A stretch of DNA of 18,366 bases from Trichoplax adhaerens (lineage: Eukaryota > Animalia > Placozoa). The position numbers and the translations under genes are program-made. How positions within the stretch are numbered: position 1 is the stretch's first letter; every line of letters begins with the position of its first letter. The stretch spans positions 1-18,366 of the forward strand of contig NW_002060983.1 of the NCBI RefSeq assembly GCF_000150275.1. Direction: 5' to 3'. The notes beneath the pieces are model-generated. The model ran no database searches, was not told where the DNA came from, and saw nothing but the letters and a program-made list of their open reading frames with translations. Positions 1 through 10,467 of the stretch are shown here, piece by piece.

Positions 1-342
1 CATAATTATGCATTATTAACAGCTAATTGGAATTTCTGACATGCATGAAACTTAACCATTCAACGGCTATATCTTAAGCTGCCTGAATCTTGCTGTTGTC
101 ACAGGTACCTTAGATGCATACATTTTCTTAGCTTTTTATTACTTAAAATTTTATAAAGTAAATATCAGTACTTAGTTGCAGTCTAGTCCAAGCGTGGACA
201 TAGCTGGCTTAAATTTTTCTCGAAAAATTTCTAGAAAACAGAAAATGTAATCTTCGAATATCTAATACAGCAAATTCTGTATATTACAGTGTTATTGAAT
301 TGATAGAAGTAGAGAGTCAATTTTATTGCTAAGATCATTAAA
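1..342 (+). repeat. Upstream part of tandem duplication unit, copy 1
   Basis: Aligns colinearly with about 4165-4505. Shared blocks include ttaacNgctaatt, atacattttct, ttacttaaNattttataaa, agttgcagtctagt and tggcttaaatttt(t)ctcgaaaaatt. Confidence 0.9.
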
Positions 343-1362
343 ATGGCCGATATATTATCTAGCAATGTATCTAGCACGAATCATAAACCAAATAGCATTA
401 TCTTAAATGAGACAGAAGCATTTGTTATCTGTAGTGTTGGAATTGTATTGAATGTATTTGTAATTTCGATTTTGTTGAAATATCGAGAGAATGGAGGGAT
501 TGTTAATATTCTACTAGTAAATCTGTCTGTAATAGATTTGTTGACATGTCTTTCAGTTATTACTGTAACGGCTATTGCAGCGCTGAAATTAGAATTTAAT
601 CGAAATACATCCTCTAGATTTGACGTAAGGGATGTAATGTGCAAAATATGTTTATATACTACAACAGCAACTTCATTTTGCTCGACTTACGTTTTAGCTA
701 CACTGGCTATTGAACGTTATCGCGCTATCTGCTATCCACTAAACTCAGGAAACTACCGTCGACGTTATAGTATCGCGATTGTATTTATTTGGTTAATTTC
801 TTCCGCATTATCGGCCTACACAATTGCTTTTAGCCAATATGAACCTCATTTTCACCCATACGTCTGCTTCTTAACGGGCTTAAATTATACTGGAAGTAAA
901 ATTTGGGTACTACTTTCTTCTTCTTTTGGATATGGAATTCCTGTTTTTGTTACTGTATGCTGTTACATTGCTGTCGTGTATAAGTTCGTACGAAGTAAAA
1001 TTCCAGGTGAATTACCCGATTTACAGACTACTTACACAATAAAGAGAAGGAAAAAAATGCAAACTGTTACTATACTGTTAATTATCACTATTATTTCGTT
1101 TATTCCAAAATGTATACTTTATATTTTTACAAATATTTCGTCGATCAGACATGCCACTTCTGTGAATAATACGACTAATTTTATCGTTATTGAGCCTTCA
1201 TCAACTTTTGATTTACTTTTCTTTCGATTTATTTCACTAATAATGCTTGCTCAAGTTATTGTAAATCCTTTATTATATAATTTTGTCAGTAGAAAGTTTA
1301 GAGGAAATGTATCTAGATATATTGCGGTTGCTTTGAATCGTTTCAATAAAGCATCTTCCTAG
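343..1362 (+). CDS. Intronless class A (rhodopsin-like) orphan GPCR, 339 aa
   Basis: Seven hydrophobic segments with class A motifs in order: N1.50 (GIVLN), NLSVID (TM2), C3.25 (MCKI), LAIERY plus AICYP, W4.50 (FIWLI), ECL2 Cys (HPYVC), TM5 YGIP..CY, TM6 SFIP, NPLLY and helix 8 SRKFR. N-glycosylation sequons in the N-terminus, aaaATGG start context, AATAAA at 1426 and 1451. Confidence 0.95.
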   Translation: MADILSSNVSSTNHKPNSIILNETEAFVICSVGIVLNVFVISILLKYRENGGIVNILLVNLSVIDLLTCLSVITVTAIAALKLEFNRNTSSRFDVRDVMCKICLYTTTATSFCSTYVLATLAIERYRAICYPLNSGNYRRRYSIAIVFIWLISSALSAYTIAFSQYEPHFHPYVCFLTGLNYTGSKIWVLLSSSFGYGIPVFVTVCCYIAVVYKFVRSKIPGELPDLQTTYTIKRRKKMQTVTILLIITIISFIPKCILYIFTNISSIRHATSVNNTTNFIVIEPSSTFDLLFFRFISLIMLAQVIVNPLLYNFVSRKFRGNVSRYIAVALNRFNKASS

Positions 1363-1425
1363 CTGTAACTGGATTACGATGCCATATTAGAAAATTATTA
1401 TTTATTACTAGTAAATCTTTTATAG

Positions 1426-1456
1426 AATAAAATATAAATTATAAACCTTTAATAAA
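1426..1456 (+). promoter_or_regulatory. Candidate polyadenylation signals of the first GPCR
   Basis: AATAAA at 1426-1431 and 1451-1456, 64 and 89 nt after the stop. The hexamer is common by chance in AT-rich DNA. Confidence 0.4.
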
Positions 1457-1599
1457 GTAAGCTGATTTCAAGACTAACTCCTACGGCTATATTTTATTAG
1501 TTAAAGAACAGAATTTGCAAGAGCAATTTTACAGTTAAATATGGCTGTGAGCAACCTAAAGCCTGGCGCTTTGCTTGCTATTTTATAATGAAGTCTTAC

Positions 1600-2000
1600 A
1601 ATTTATAATTTACCTATGAATAGACAGTGTCACATAATCATAAATGCAGATGTTGATACCATACTTAATATAGCCTTGCATGGTAATATTATGAATATTA
1701 AGAAATAGGCCGTACCGTTATTATGTTATATTTACGAATATTGCAGGTTGAATATTGTGTCCAGTCATAAAAATGTATTTATTATGTTAAGTATGTGACT
1801 AATATATGTATGCTTGAAATGATCTCTATTTTCTCCTCTTATCTGGTCTTCTATCCATCTAATTATTCCCTGCTGTATCTAGCTTACAAGTTAAGTTATT
1901 CTCGTACAGTCTTATAATAGTAATCTAAGCTATATTTGGGGCTGCACTAAACCTGCGTTGCTTTAACAAAGCTCTATTCTCCAATACTTCGTTTGTCTGC
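1600..2000 (+). pseudogene. Decayed GPCR remnant (ECL2 to TM7)
   Basis: One frame from 1601 reads IYNLPMNRQCHIII...AVPLLCYIY...SHKNV. Then IFSSYLVFY (1828, TM6-like) and SPIL (1978, TM7-like). The ECL2 matches the 3406 remnant (IYNHGTKKSHIII). Confidence 0.45.
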
Positions 2001-2199
2001 TATGCTCTACCAGATATTATATAGTGGAAGCGGAGGAACGAACTGAAATACTGGAGATGACTATTCTGCATTGTGTAAATTTGAAGAACGCATTCAACGT
2101 TAGCTTTTGCCTCAATATACGTCTGCCAACGCTCAAATTAATTATATTATATCTACTCTTGTTGATAGTACCGAATCCAAGATTGATTCTTGGAAGAGC

Positions 2200-3060
2200 A
2201 CTCTGCTTTTAATCTTCGGAAATCTGATAAAACCTGCGGATAATTGGAAGTTCCAGTTGGGCAATCTTAGAATTTTTGTTGTGAAAGACTTATTTCGTAA
2301 GTACTGCATTAACTTACCTATAAAATTATAATTGATTTTTTACTGATCTTAAGCCTGTTACTATGTACTGTAATAACTGTGAATTTTTTTTATTGCATTG
2401 TTTTGTGTAGAATATATTCCCATTTATTGGAACGGATATTTTTCTATCTGATCAGTTATTAAGGGATGCTATTGTTGGTCAAATTTAACAAAATTACTTT
2501 AAAATGATGAAACCATAAATGTAAAAGATGTTTTGGCGACTATAAGAAATAAAGAAGCTAATAAAACTCATTTTGAAGAATAAAGTAAGCAAGTAAAATA
2601 TCCCCAACTTCTCATATTAATCAAATTTTGAAAATATCGTCGTACTTATTAATTCTATGATCGATTTAACTCTTTTTAAAAAGCAGTCCTTGTTACAAAC
2701 CAGCTTCGTGACAAGGATAACGTAAAACAAATCTCTAAATTACTATAGTTTCCGGGATTCAATATCCTTTATCTACCTCACAAAAATTTAGACGCCTTTG
2801 ATTCTACGTTAAACTCCACTAGACAATTGAGAACTGCTTTATTCAACTATCTGACGGGCTTATATACCCTTCTACAGCAGCTAACAATCATGAGTCATCT
2901 TATAAAAATACTTAAGTGAGAACACCTACTAACTTATTTTTCACAGTCGGACTACAATATGTCCATTCACAGAATCATTTCAGTGCACATTACAGCACAG
3001 CATTAAATTTAATGTAACACATTTATAATTACAGTAATTCCTATTGTAAGGAACTAGATG
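2200..3060 (+). pseudogene. Decayed GPCR remnant (NKY/QDN/AYIPF subfamily)
   Basis: In order: LLIFGNLI (GN at 2218), YCINLPI/IDFLL (about 2302-2345), VLCRIY...LISY*GMLL..FNK/YFKMMKP*M*KMF (2400-2533), CYKPAS*Q-DN (about 2691-2721), HKNLDA and AYIPF (2858). There is DNA similarity to the minus-strand copies at about 11560-11740 and 12540-12760. Confidence 0.65.
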
Positions 3061-3099
3061 TAATATATTATCACTATATTATATTAACCAAATTTAGAT

Positions 3100-3880
3100 A
3101 ACTATTTCTTCACGGTAGTTCGTACCGTGACAGTGCTGTCCAGCTTAGGAAAGTAAATGCTCCTTACGTAATCAGTGCCATCATTTTAGTATTTGCCCTC
3201 TGTTTTCAGTCTGTACGAATACTGAATTAAAACGAAATATTTATTTATGTCGTACAGTTATAATAGTGATAGATGTTAAATATTCTTACGTTCAGTATTC
3301 TATACGGCAATATTTAATATTGATCTTTCATTTACTATAGTATGAGTCTACATTCATATAATATAACGATTCGTCGAAATCATCACTGGCAGTATATTAG
3401 CCAATATTTATAATCATGGCACGAAGAAAAGTCACATAATAATTTTCAATAAGTTATTCGTATATCATTGGATGATCTAAAGTAATTTGAAGTAAGCTAA
3501 TTAACGGATGGAAAAATTAATGCTCATATTTAAGCGTATTTATTAATTGATAAACTCCTACCAGTTAAAAGTTTTGTAATTTCCTTCTATGTTTGTTTTT
3601 TGAGTAAGTGATCGATATTGAAATCTAACGATTTATTTACTCTTATCTTGTGTTCTTTGATAAATAGATAATATAACATTAACATCCTTATGGTATCTTT
3701 CTATTCATTACTGTATTTGCCATATGTTCAAATAAATTTAATCGCTTTCATATCATACGTCTATTTTATAATTATTTTGGTGTTTGTTGCATATAAGGCA
3801 GAAGTAATTCCTTTGAATCAAAAATCTGCTATTCACCTATGTCTCAGCTAATAAACCTTTACTTATTATTGATATGTATT
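3100..3880 (+). pseudogene. Decayed GPCR remnant
   Basis: QLRKVNAPYVIS (3141, ICL1-like), YLCR...SI(R)Q.LILI (about 3242, TM3-like), IYNHGTKK(S)HIII (3406, ECL2) and LLFTYVSANKPLL (about 3826-3864, TM7-like), in the expected order. Confidence 0.45.
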
Positions 3881-4164
3881 TTCATTCGCCAAATATAATA
3901 CAGCTTTTGAAGATCACTAAAGTACTTAATGATAGAAAATACTAATTACAATGGAGATTAGCTTCTGTGACGAACTCAACTTTGATGTTCTTTAATTTTC
4001 AGATCTTTAGTCAATGCCATAATCCAGATACAAAATAGGTTTTACTTTATTTAAAATATAGGGCTTACAACTTTCTGTGCTTATCCCCTAGGGCCTAAGT
4101 TTATAGCAATTCTACTTTTATTATTTGAGACAGTATTGTTTCTCTTGATGAGTGCTATTCGAAA

Positions 4165-4505
4165 ATGATATTTTAATCATTAACTGCTAATTAGAATCTT
4201 TAATACGAATGAAACATAATCAGTGAACAATATCTCCAGCTAACTGTACCTTGCTGACGTCATAGGAACTTTAGATTTATACATTTTCTAAAGTTTTAGT
4301 TACTTAAGATTTTATAAATTGAATACTAGTGCTAAGTTGCAGTCTAGTACAAATGTGCGCTAAGGTGGCTTAAATTTTCTCGAAAAATTGTAGAAAGCAA
4401 AAAATTTAATCTCCGTATAATAGATATAGGAAAATTCCATGTAATACCTCAAATTGTAGAATTGATAAGGTTAGAGAATCAATTTTATTTATCCGATCAC
4501 AAAAA
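4165..4505 (+). repeat. Upstream part of tandem duplication unit, copy 2
   Basis: Colinear similarity to 1-342, at the same offset from the ATG. Confidence 0.9.
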
Positions 4506-5469
4506 ATGGCTGATATATCGTCTAATAATACAACGAACTCGAATTATGAATTTAATGGTAATCTAGCAAATGAGGCTGAAATATTTGTTATCTGTAGTCT
4601 TGGAATTGCATTGAATGTTTTTGTAACTTTGATTTTGTTGAAATACCGGGAGAATGGAGGCATTATTAATATTTTACTAGTAAATCTGTCTGTTATAGAT
4701 TTGTTAGTCTCTCTCTTGGTTATTCTTCTAACTATTTTTGGAGCTCTAAAATCTGGACTGAATCGAAGTATATCTTCTGGATTAGGCGTAATGGATGTGA
4801 TTTGCAAAATTAGTTTATATGGTGTTGCGATAGCGTCATTTTGTTCAACTTATATCTTAGCTACACTAGCTATTGAGCGTTATCGTGCTATCTGCTATCC
4901 ATTAAACTCAAGAAATTACCATCAACATTATAATATCGCGATTGTAATTAGTTGGTTTATTTCTTTCGTATCATCGGCTTATACCATTGCATTAAGCCAA
5001 TATGAACCTTATTTTTATCCGTACGTCTGCTTCTTAAAAGGCTTAAATTACGCTGGTAGTAAAATTTGGGTGCTACTTTCTTACGCTATTGGATATGGGG
5101 TTCCTGTTTTTGTTACAATTTGCTGTTACGTTACTATTGCATATAAGTTCATACGAAGTATAATCCAAAGTGACCTACCAGATATGCATACTACCTACAT
5201 AATAAAGAGAAGGAAAGAAATGCAAACTGTTACTATACTGCTAATTATCACTATTACTTCGTATATTCCGAAATGTCTATTATTTATTTTTACAAATATA
5301 CTAACAATCGAGTATGCCACATCTTTGAATAACAGAACTGATTTTATCTCTAACGAGTTTTCAACAAGTTTTAAAGCATCTTTCTTCAGAATAATTTCAC
5401 TTGTAACGTTAGCTCAAGTTATTGTAAATCCTTTATTATATAACTTTGTTAGTAGAAAATTTAGAGAAA
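4506..5469 (+). CDS. Intronless class A orphan GPCR, tandem paralog of 343-1362; 3' end lost in the assembly gap
   Basis: Colinear with the first receptor, sharing KYRENGGI, NLSVIDLL, LATLAIERYRAICYPLNS, MQTVTILLIITI and AQVIVNPLLYNFVSRKFR. It is open up to the N run at 5470. By analogy to the paralog the true stop is about 18 codons into the gap. Confidence 0.92.
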
Positions 5470-5717
5470 NNNNNNNNNNNNNNNNNNNNNNNNNNNNNNN
5501 NNNNNNNNNNNNNNNNNNNNNNNNNNNNNNNNNNNNNNNNNNNNNNNNNNNNNNNNNNNNNNNNNNNNNNNNNNNNNNNNNNNNNNNNNNNNNNNNNNNN
5601 NNNNNNNNNNNNNNNNNNNNNNNNNNNNNNNNNNNNNNNNNNNNNNNNNNNNNNNNNNNNNNNNNNNNNNNNNNNNNNNNNNNNNNNNNNNNNNNNNNNN
5701 NNNNNNNNNNNNNNNNN
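5470..5717. other. Assembly gap (N run)
   Basis: 248 consecutive N, plus one further N at 5745. Confidence 0.99.
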
Positions 5718-6012
5718 CTGAAACTATGCTTACAATTTATAATGNGGCTTCGTGACTTGAAATTTGCTTATAATCATGCATTATTATTATTAGAACATTT
5801 CATAATATAATATCTTATGTACTGAAAGCATACAACGTCAAATCATTTTCTATTTACTTAAGTATTATTAATTGATGGCACTTTCTTAAATGAATTTGAC
5901 TTACTACAGATTTGGATAGCTATTACTAAATTTTTCAGATAATCATAGCATGAAAGCATAGGCTAATCTATATTATATAAAACAAGTATATCGCAATTTT
6001 GTATATGTATAT

Positions 6013-6180
6013 GGTGCTGTGTCACACCAAGCAAATTGACGGCAATCTCTACTCGACCAATCAAAATCATGCAATACAATATTCACGATCTGATTTTGCG
6101 CGACGCTTGAACGCGTTCTCCTTCCAGCTGTAAGGTGTATTTATTTTTTTTTCAGATTGCCAAAATTCTCTTTGAAGTGC
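6013..6180. mobile_element. Possible decayed MITE-like element with nested inverted repeats and a CCAAT box
   Basis: Left arm cacaccaagcaaattgacGGCAATCT (6023-6048) is an imperfect reverse complement of AGATTGCCaaaattctctttgaagtg (6154-6179). Inner inverted repeat caaaatca (6062) / tgattttg (6091), gaCCAATca at 6055-6063 and a local CpG cluster. No clear target-site duplication. Confidence 0.35.
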
Positions 6181-6419
6181 TTTAAATAATAGAAAAATGT
6201 ATAAGTTGCATACCAGTGTGTACGAATACATATAATATTTAACATAACTATAACTTAATATAATCTGTTTAATTTATGAGCAAGATTCTGAAAACAAAAT
6301 GAACACACTGTACTATAAATGGATATATATTATGCAAGTATGTTCAAAATGGGTGATGTCTGCGTTTGATCTTACGATGAAATGATAATCTACTATACTA
6401 TACACTGATTGTACTGTAT

Positions 6420-6870
6420 ACGTGGGTAATTTACCCCTGTGCAATGTATGTACTTTACTGTAGCATAGGCTTGATAGGACGACGGTGAATTAAATACTTT
6501 GCAATGTTCAATCCTATTCAGCGTAAAATTGATCGAATGCTTTTAAGTATCTGCTTTGATATTATGAGGGCAGTTCGAATACTGTACAGCATAAAATTAA
6601 TTTAATGCTGTAAATTATCCGCTTTCGAAAAAGAACCCATTCTCTATATCGCTATTATTATTGCACACGTAAGTTACTACATTATCATTTTATATAGAAT
6701 TTTATTTCTATAGCAATCGTATTATTAACTAATGCTAAGAATTTATTGTCTGCCTGCCAAGATTATACGAAAGCAATACTAGATAAAATTGGATTGAAAT
6801 TATTTAAGCTTACGTTTATCTCAATCCTGTAAGTTACAGGTGAGTGTATACTATATGGTGCGCAGTACTC
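6420..6870 (+). pseudogene. Decayed GPCR remnant (TM3 to TM6)
   Basis: LCNVCTLL*H (6437), TVN/KYFAMFNPI (6483-6518, like NK/YFKMMKP at 2487), then weaker TM4 and TM5-like segments. Confidence 0.35.
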
Positions 6871-7109
6871 TAATATGTGAGTACATGAAGCAAAAATCAG
6901 TAGGGTACGAGAGCACAATATGAGCAATGGGGGCACAAAATATCTTGGGTGATCTTTTCAATATCACAACAAGTTACAAATATTATTTATTGTGAGATCT
7001 TTAATCAATAAAATATTACTTAATTTTTACTTATCTACATACATTGCATTGACCTTATGTAAACTCCGTTATCCTTAACAGACGTTTTAACTGTACAGTT
7101 AACCAATGT

Positions 7110-7700
7110 AATTAATACGCTTACCTTACAACTTATGAACGTTGTGTAATATGAGATCTTTTTTCGATAAAATGCTTCTTAATTTTAACTCCATACCAGA
7201 AAACGTTGCTAATAATGTCCTTTGTAAGATCATCCGTTAATTGCAAGTAACTTAATTTTAACATCGCTATCTTTAACTGACGCAGTAACCGCTAGCTAAT
7301 AGGCTTAATAATGCACATACGTTATTATATTCATTAATATTAAATAAAATTAGCATGCTGTCTCGCTTATTGTGATATATACCGATCATGAGAATCCAAA
7401 TTTTAGAAAAATAAGGGCTTTATTGAATCTTATACAAAGATTAACTACACACAGCTCTACTCTAGCCGAATACTACTACTAAAGGCTTCTACAACGAACT
7501 AATAGAATAATCTAAAGTTGCATGCTTTTATACTTTTCGTAGCATTCGCAGCTACAATACGCATGGCAACCTTTTACCTTATTTTACACGTAGTCAAATT
7601 ATTCTTAGTAAGACTATTCTACTGCGGACCATCATTAATCCAATATGGATACGACTACGGTATTTACGTAGACATTATTCACACCAGCCAAAGTACAATG
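7110..7700 (+). pseudogene. Decayed GPCR remnant (TM2 to helix 8)
   Basis: VLCKIIR*LQVT (7217), TSLSLT.AV.A./NR (to 7303), caaagattaac (QDN-like, 7435), AFILF (7524, equivalent to AYIPF), TIINPI/YGY and YLRRHY (7628-7678). The last motif echoes the HLR/RHY at about 14300. Confidence 0.55.
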
Positions 7701-8539
7701 AATTAACCAGATCCTAATATAAGATTTACAGTTCTATTTTTACCTATAACCATATCAGTAACTCAACACCTTACTGTATATAGTCATCTATACTCTAGCG
7801 TAGAGTCTATACCACTACAGTCTATAGTTATGGCTATCAAATATCTCTTAAGATAAATATAGATGTCACGCTACCGTGCATTATACTAAACATAGCTAAC
7901 AGTCTACAATCACAATACTAAGTTAAATTACACTTATACAGCTGGACGTTAACTCGTAACTTTAGAAAAAATTTTAATTTTTTTATTTTTACTATTTCAT
8001 TTCATCTTATCGTTCAGTTGTAAGTAAATTAATAAATTTCTATGATTTATTATTAATGACATTAATTTATATCGGCAATGTATAATTTTTTGTTGCCTTA
8101 TTGAGGAATCTATAATATGCAGATAAACTAAATTTGTTGTATCGTTACTGTACGTCGGTATTGCTTCAATATATTTATGTATTCTAAAGTTATAATTCTA
8201 GTTCAATACGCAGTGTGATTCTAAATACTACTCTACAACGCGATAGGTAGCATACTCTTTGTATTACATTTACACGATACGTTACATAGCAGCATTTCAT
8301 TGCCTGAAATAGAAGAGAGTTCTTTCGTAGTCAAATAAAAGTTATGCTCAGTAATCCAGGTCTCTTTCCTGCATTAGAAAAGCCTAGTGCCTAATCGGCC
8401 TTATTCGCCAGTGAACGACAAGGTACTATACTTTCAAGGTATGAATAGAAGTAAAAATCTCATAAAGCTAATCTTACAACAAGCCGCTTATCATACTTGC
8501 GAGGAAGTTGCTAGTCTTACTTAAAGTATCTCTCCATAG

Positions 8540-9230
8540 TTAGTTGGAGTGACTAAGTAGCTAGTAAGTTAGTTGATCACTCACGTTAGAAGAGAGTAGA
8601 CAGTGAGATTACTCCTGTGAGTGACATCTATCTACTGTCAGGTTAGATTAATAATTTCGTAAATGTATTAGCAATTTTTATTTGAGTATAATCATGCCGT
8701 AGTAAAAAATCTTAAAGATGTAGTTTTATAACCGTGTTGATCAGCAAAGGTATACATAACTGGAAGTAAAGTAGATAGAAATAAAAGTACTCTTTATAAT
8801 TGTGATATTTCAGAAGATTGATTGTCTGTCTGTTACAGAGTAACTTTTACGTAGCAGTCATTACACAGATTCCTTTAGATAGTTTTTTTTAGTAATGTAT
8901 TTAGATTAATTATCTACAATGCTCTATATATTAGTTTTAGTAGATATATATGCATAGTTTTATAATTTTATCCATAAACCGATAGTTAATGTTTATGTCG
9001 ATCTGCAGCAAATTGAATGATTTTTCAATAATTCTTGGGTTCAGTCATATCTAGGAGAGGCTTGCGTTGTGTCACTATTCCTTTTTAAGAAGAAAGGAAA
9101 TTTTTAGTAGCTAAAGTTGTACTGAGGGTTAATGTCAGGAAGGAAAAACCTGACTGTACATTCAAAGCTTGTAATTTCTATAATAGGTAAATTACTTCTT
9201 GTTGCAAATTTCGATTTGTAACGCTTCCAT
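8540..9230 (-). pseudogene. Decayed GPCR remnant
   Basis: TRSNLPII (ICL1/TM2-like, inside ORF 9104-9307), FAADRH (about 9012-8995), LLCN (ECL2) and YFQLCIPLLINTVI/NYIFKIF (TM5, about 8770-8705). Confidence 0.4.
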
Positions 9231-9423
9231 ATTTGCAGAAAATAGGAGAGAAACATCTGATCAGAACAGAAGCCTACGCATACATTACAATAGTATATCA
9301 TATTCAATACAAGTATGTAGCTTTTTATTTGTAATAAGTATAATGTTTGCAGATTTTTGCTAAGCCTTTCTTTATTATAATTTCTTCGATAAACTTTAGT
9401 AAATCTGGAAATTTTTCTTAAAC

Positions 9424-10467
9424 TTAAATTAAAGTAGGTAATATATATTTTCCTGATGAATTTTTTCTGGTTCTAGGATTGCTATAGCAATTGCATTTTA
9501 GCTTTTTCGGAATTGCTTTTATTTCTTGTTGAAAGGTTGAACTAGCAAAATTGTATAGTATGGGATTCAAACTACAAGGAACTAGCATGGCTATGGAAGC
9601 GGCTTGAAAGTATTTCCAAAATGTAGATGAATGCACCTTATAAGTATATCGGTAGTCCATTAATTGACGATATGAAATGAAAACATACGTTATGATGAAT
9701 GGACTTGATGACGTAGCTGTTAATAAAGTTATCAGAAGTAATGCAACAATACTTTTATACTTTTTTTTAATTATTTTCAAAGTTGAATATTGTTGATAAA
9801 CTTGATTTCTAAGAAGCGATTTACGGAAAAGTTCCATGATAATGTTTGCGTAACATACAATCATGATAGGTAATGGGAAAAGATTGCTAAAGAAAGAAAA
9901 AATTACCGCAACGATGGCGTTAAATTGGAAGCTTTTACTTGTTAATTGACACACGAAGGGAAACTGCTGCAAAAATCCGTGGACAGATGCTAACAAATAG
10001 CCAGTAACACCCGAAATTAACCATATTGCAGCCAAAATTATAAAAACTTTTCTTTTACTCATTGGAAGACTGAAAGGATAAAGTATAGCTCGTCGACGTT
10101 CAACGCTAATCATGGCCAGTGTTAAACCGGTAATGCTCAAAGATAAACCGATAACGAAGATTTTTATTTGACAGATTGCAGTACTAGCAGATATAGGGAA
10201 ATCTTTGAAGCGTTCGTGATCAATAATTGCAATAAAACGGAACATGTAGGCTGGACCTATAGCACAGGCCATCAGTAGATCTGATAAGGCTAGGCTAGCT
10301 ATGAAGTGATTTAGAGGTTGTTTTTGCAACGATTTATTAGTAAATATGACCATACATACGACGATGTTGAAGATAAAGCCGAATAAGCCAACTAGAGAAG
10401 TAATAGTAGCGTGAATTAATTCCTCTCGAAGATATAGCAGTAGTAAATGATGAGTTGAATTATTCAT
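9424..10467 (-). CDS. Intronless class A orphan GPCR, 347 aa (second subfamily)
   Basis: GFIFN (TM1), LQKQPLNHFIASLALSD (ICL1/TM2), AICQI, ISVERRRAILYP, AIWLI, FPFVC, LFP..VCY, SSSPF, PCSLNPILYNFASSTF. Minus-strand AATAAA at 9371-9376. Confidence 0.95.
   Translation of the reverse strand: MNNSTHHLLLLYLREELIHATITSLVGLFGFIFNIVVCMVIFTNKSLQKQPLNHFIASLALSDLLMACAIGPAYMFRFIAIIDHERFKDFPISASTAICQIKIFVIGLSLSITGLTLAMISVERRRAILYPFSLPMSKRKVFIILAAIWLISGVTGYLLASVHGFLQQFPFVCQLTSKSFQFNAIVAVIFSFFSNLFPLPIMIVCYANIIMELFRKSLLRNQVYQQYSTLKIIKKKYKSIVALLLITLLTATSSSPFIITYVFISYRQLMDYRYTYKVHSSTFWKYFQAASIAMLVPCSLNPILYNFASSTFQQEIKAIPKKLKCNCYSNPRTRKNSSGKYILPTLI

Noticed and set aside
381-644. 87-aa antisense ORF, also present at 4544-4807
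   Set aside because: Shadow frame of the GPCR TM1-TM3 codons. Its presence in both copies is explained by the duplication.
2024-2331. Short ORFs of 62 and 74 aa as genes
   Set aside because: Non-ATG starts. The second partly reads through TM1-TM2 of a decayed GPCR.
5446-5810. ORF 5446-5721 and the 434-aa extension of the second GPCR
   Set aside because: Artefacts of translating through the N run.
7087-7102. 16-bp perfect palindrome ttaactgtacagttaa
   Set aside because: Single copy and AT-rich, so compatible with chance.
7518-7706. 62-aa ORF, or LRRHY as a tyrosine-recombinase box and YIPF as a Penelope RT motif
   Set aside because: No other recombinase or RT motifs. The context (LCKII, NR, INPI/YGY) fits GPCR TM3, TM6, TM7 and helix 8 better.
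9104-9307. 67-aa minus-strand ORF as a gene
   Set aside because: TTG start and no domain. It overlaps the 3' flank of the intact receptor and a probable GPCR remnant.
343-10467. Intact receptors as opsins or named neuropeptide receptors
   Set aside because: No Lys at 7.43 and no diagnostic family motifs, so no gene symbol is assigned.
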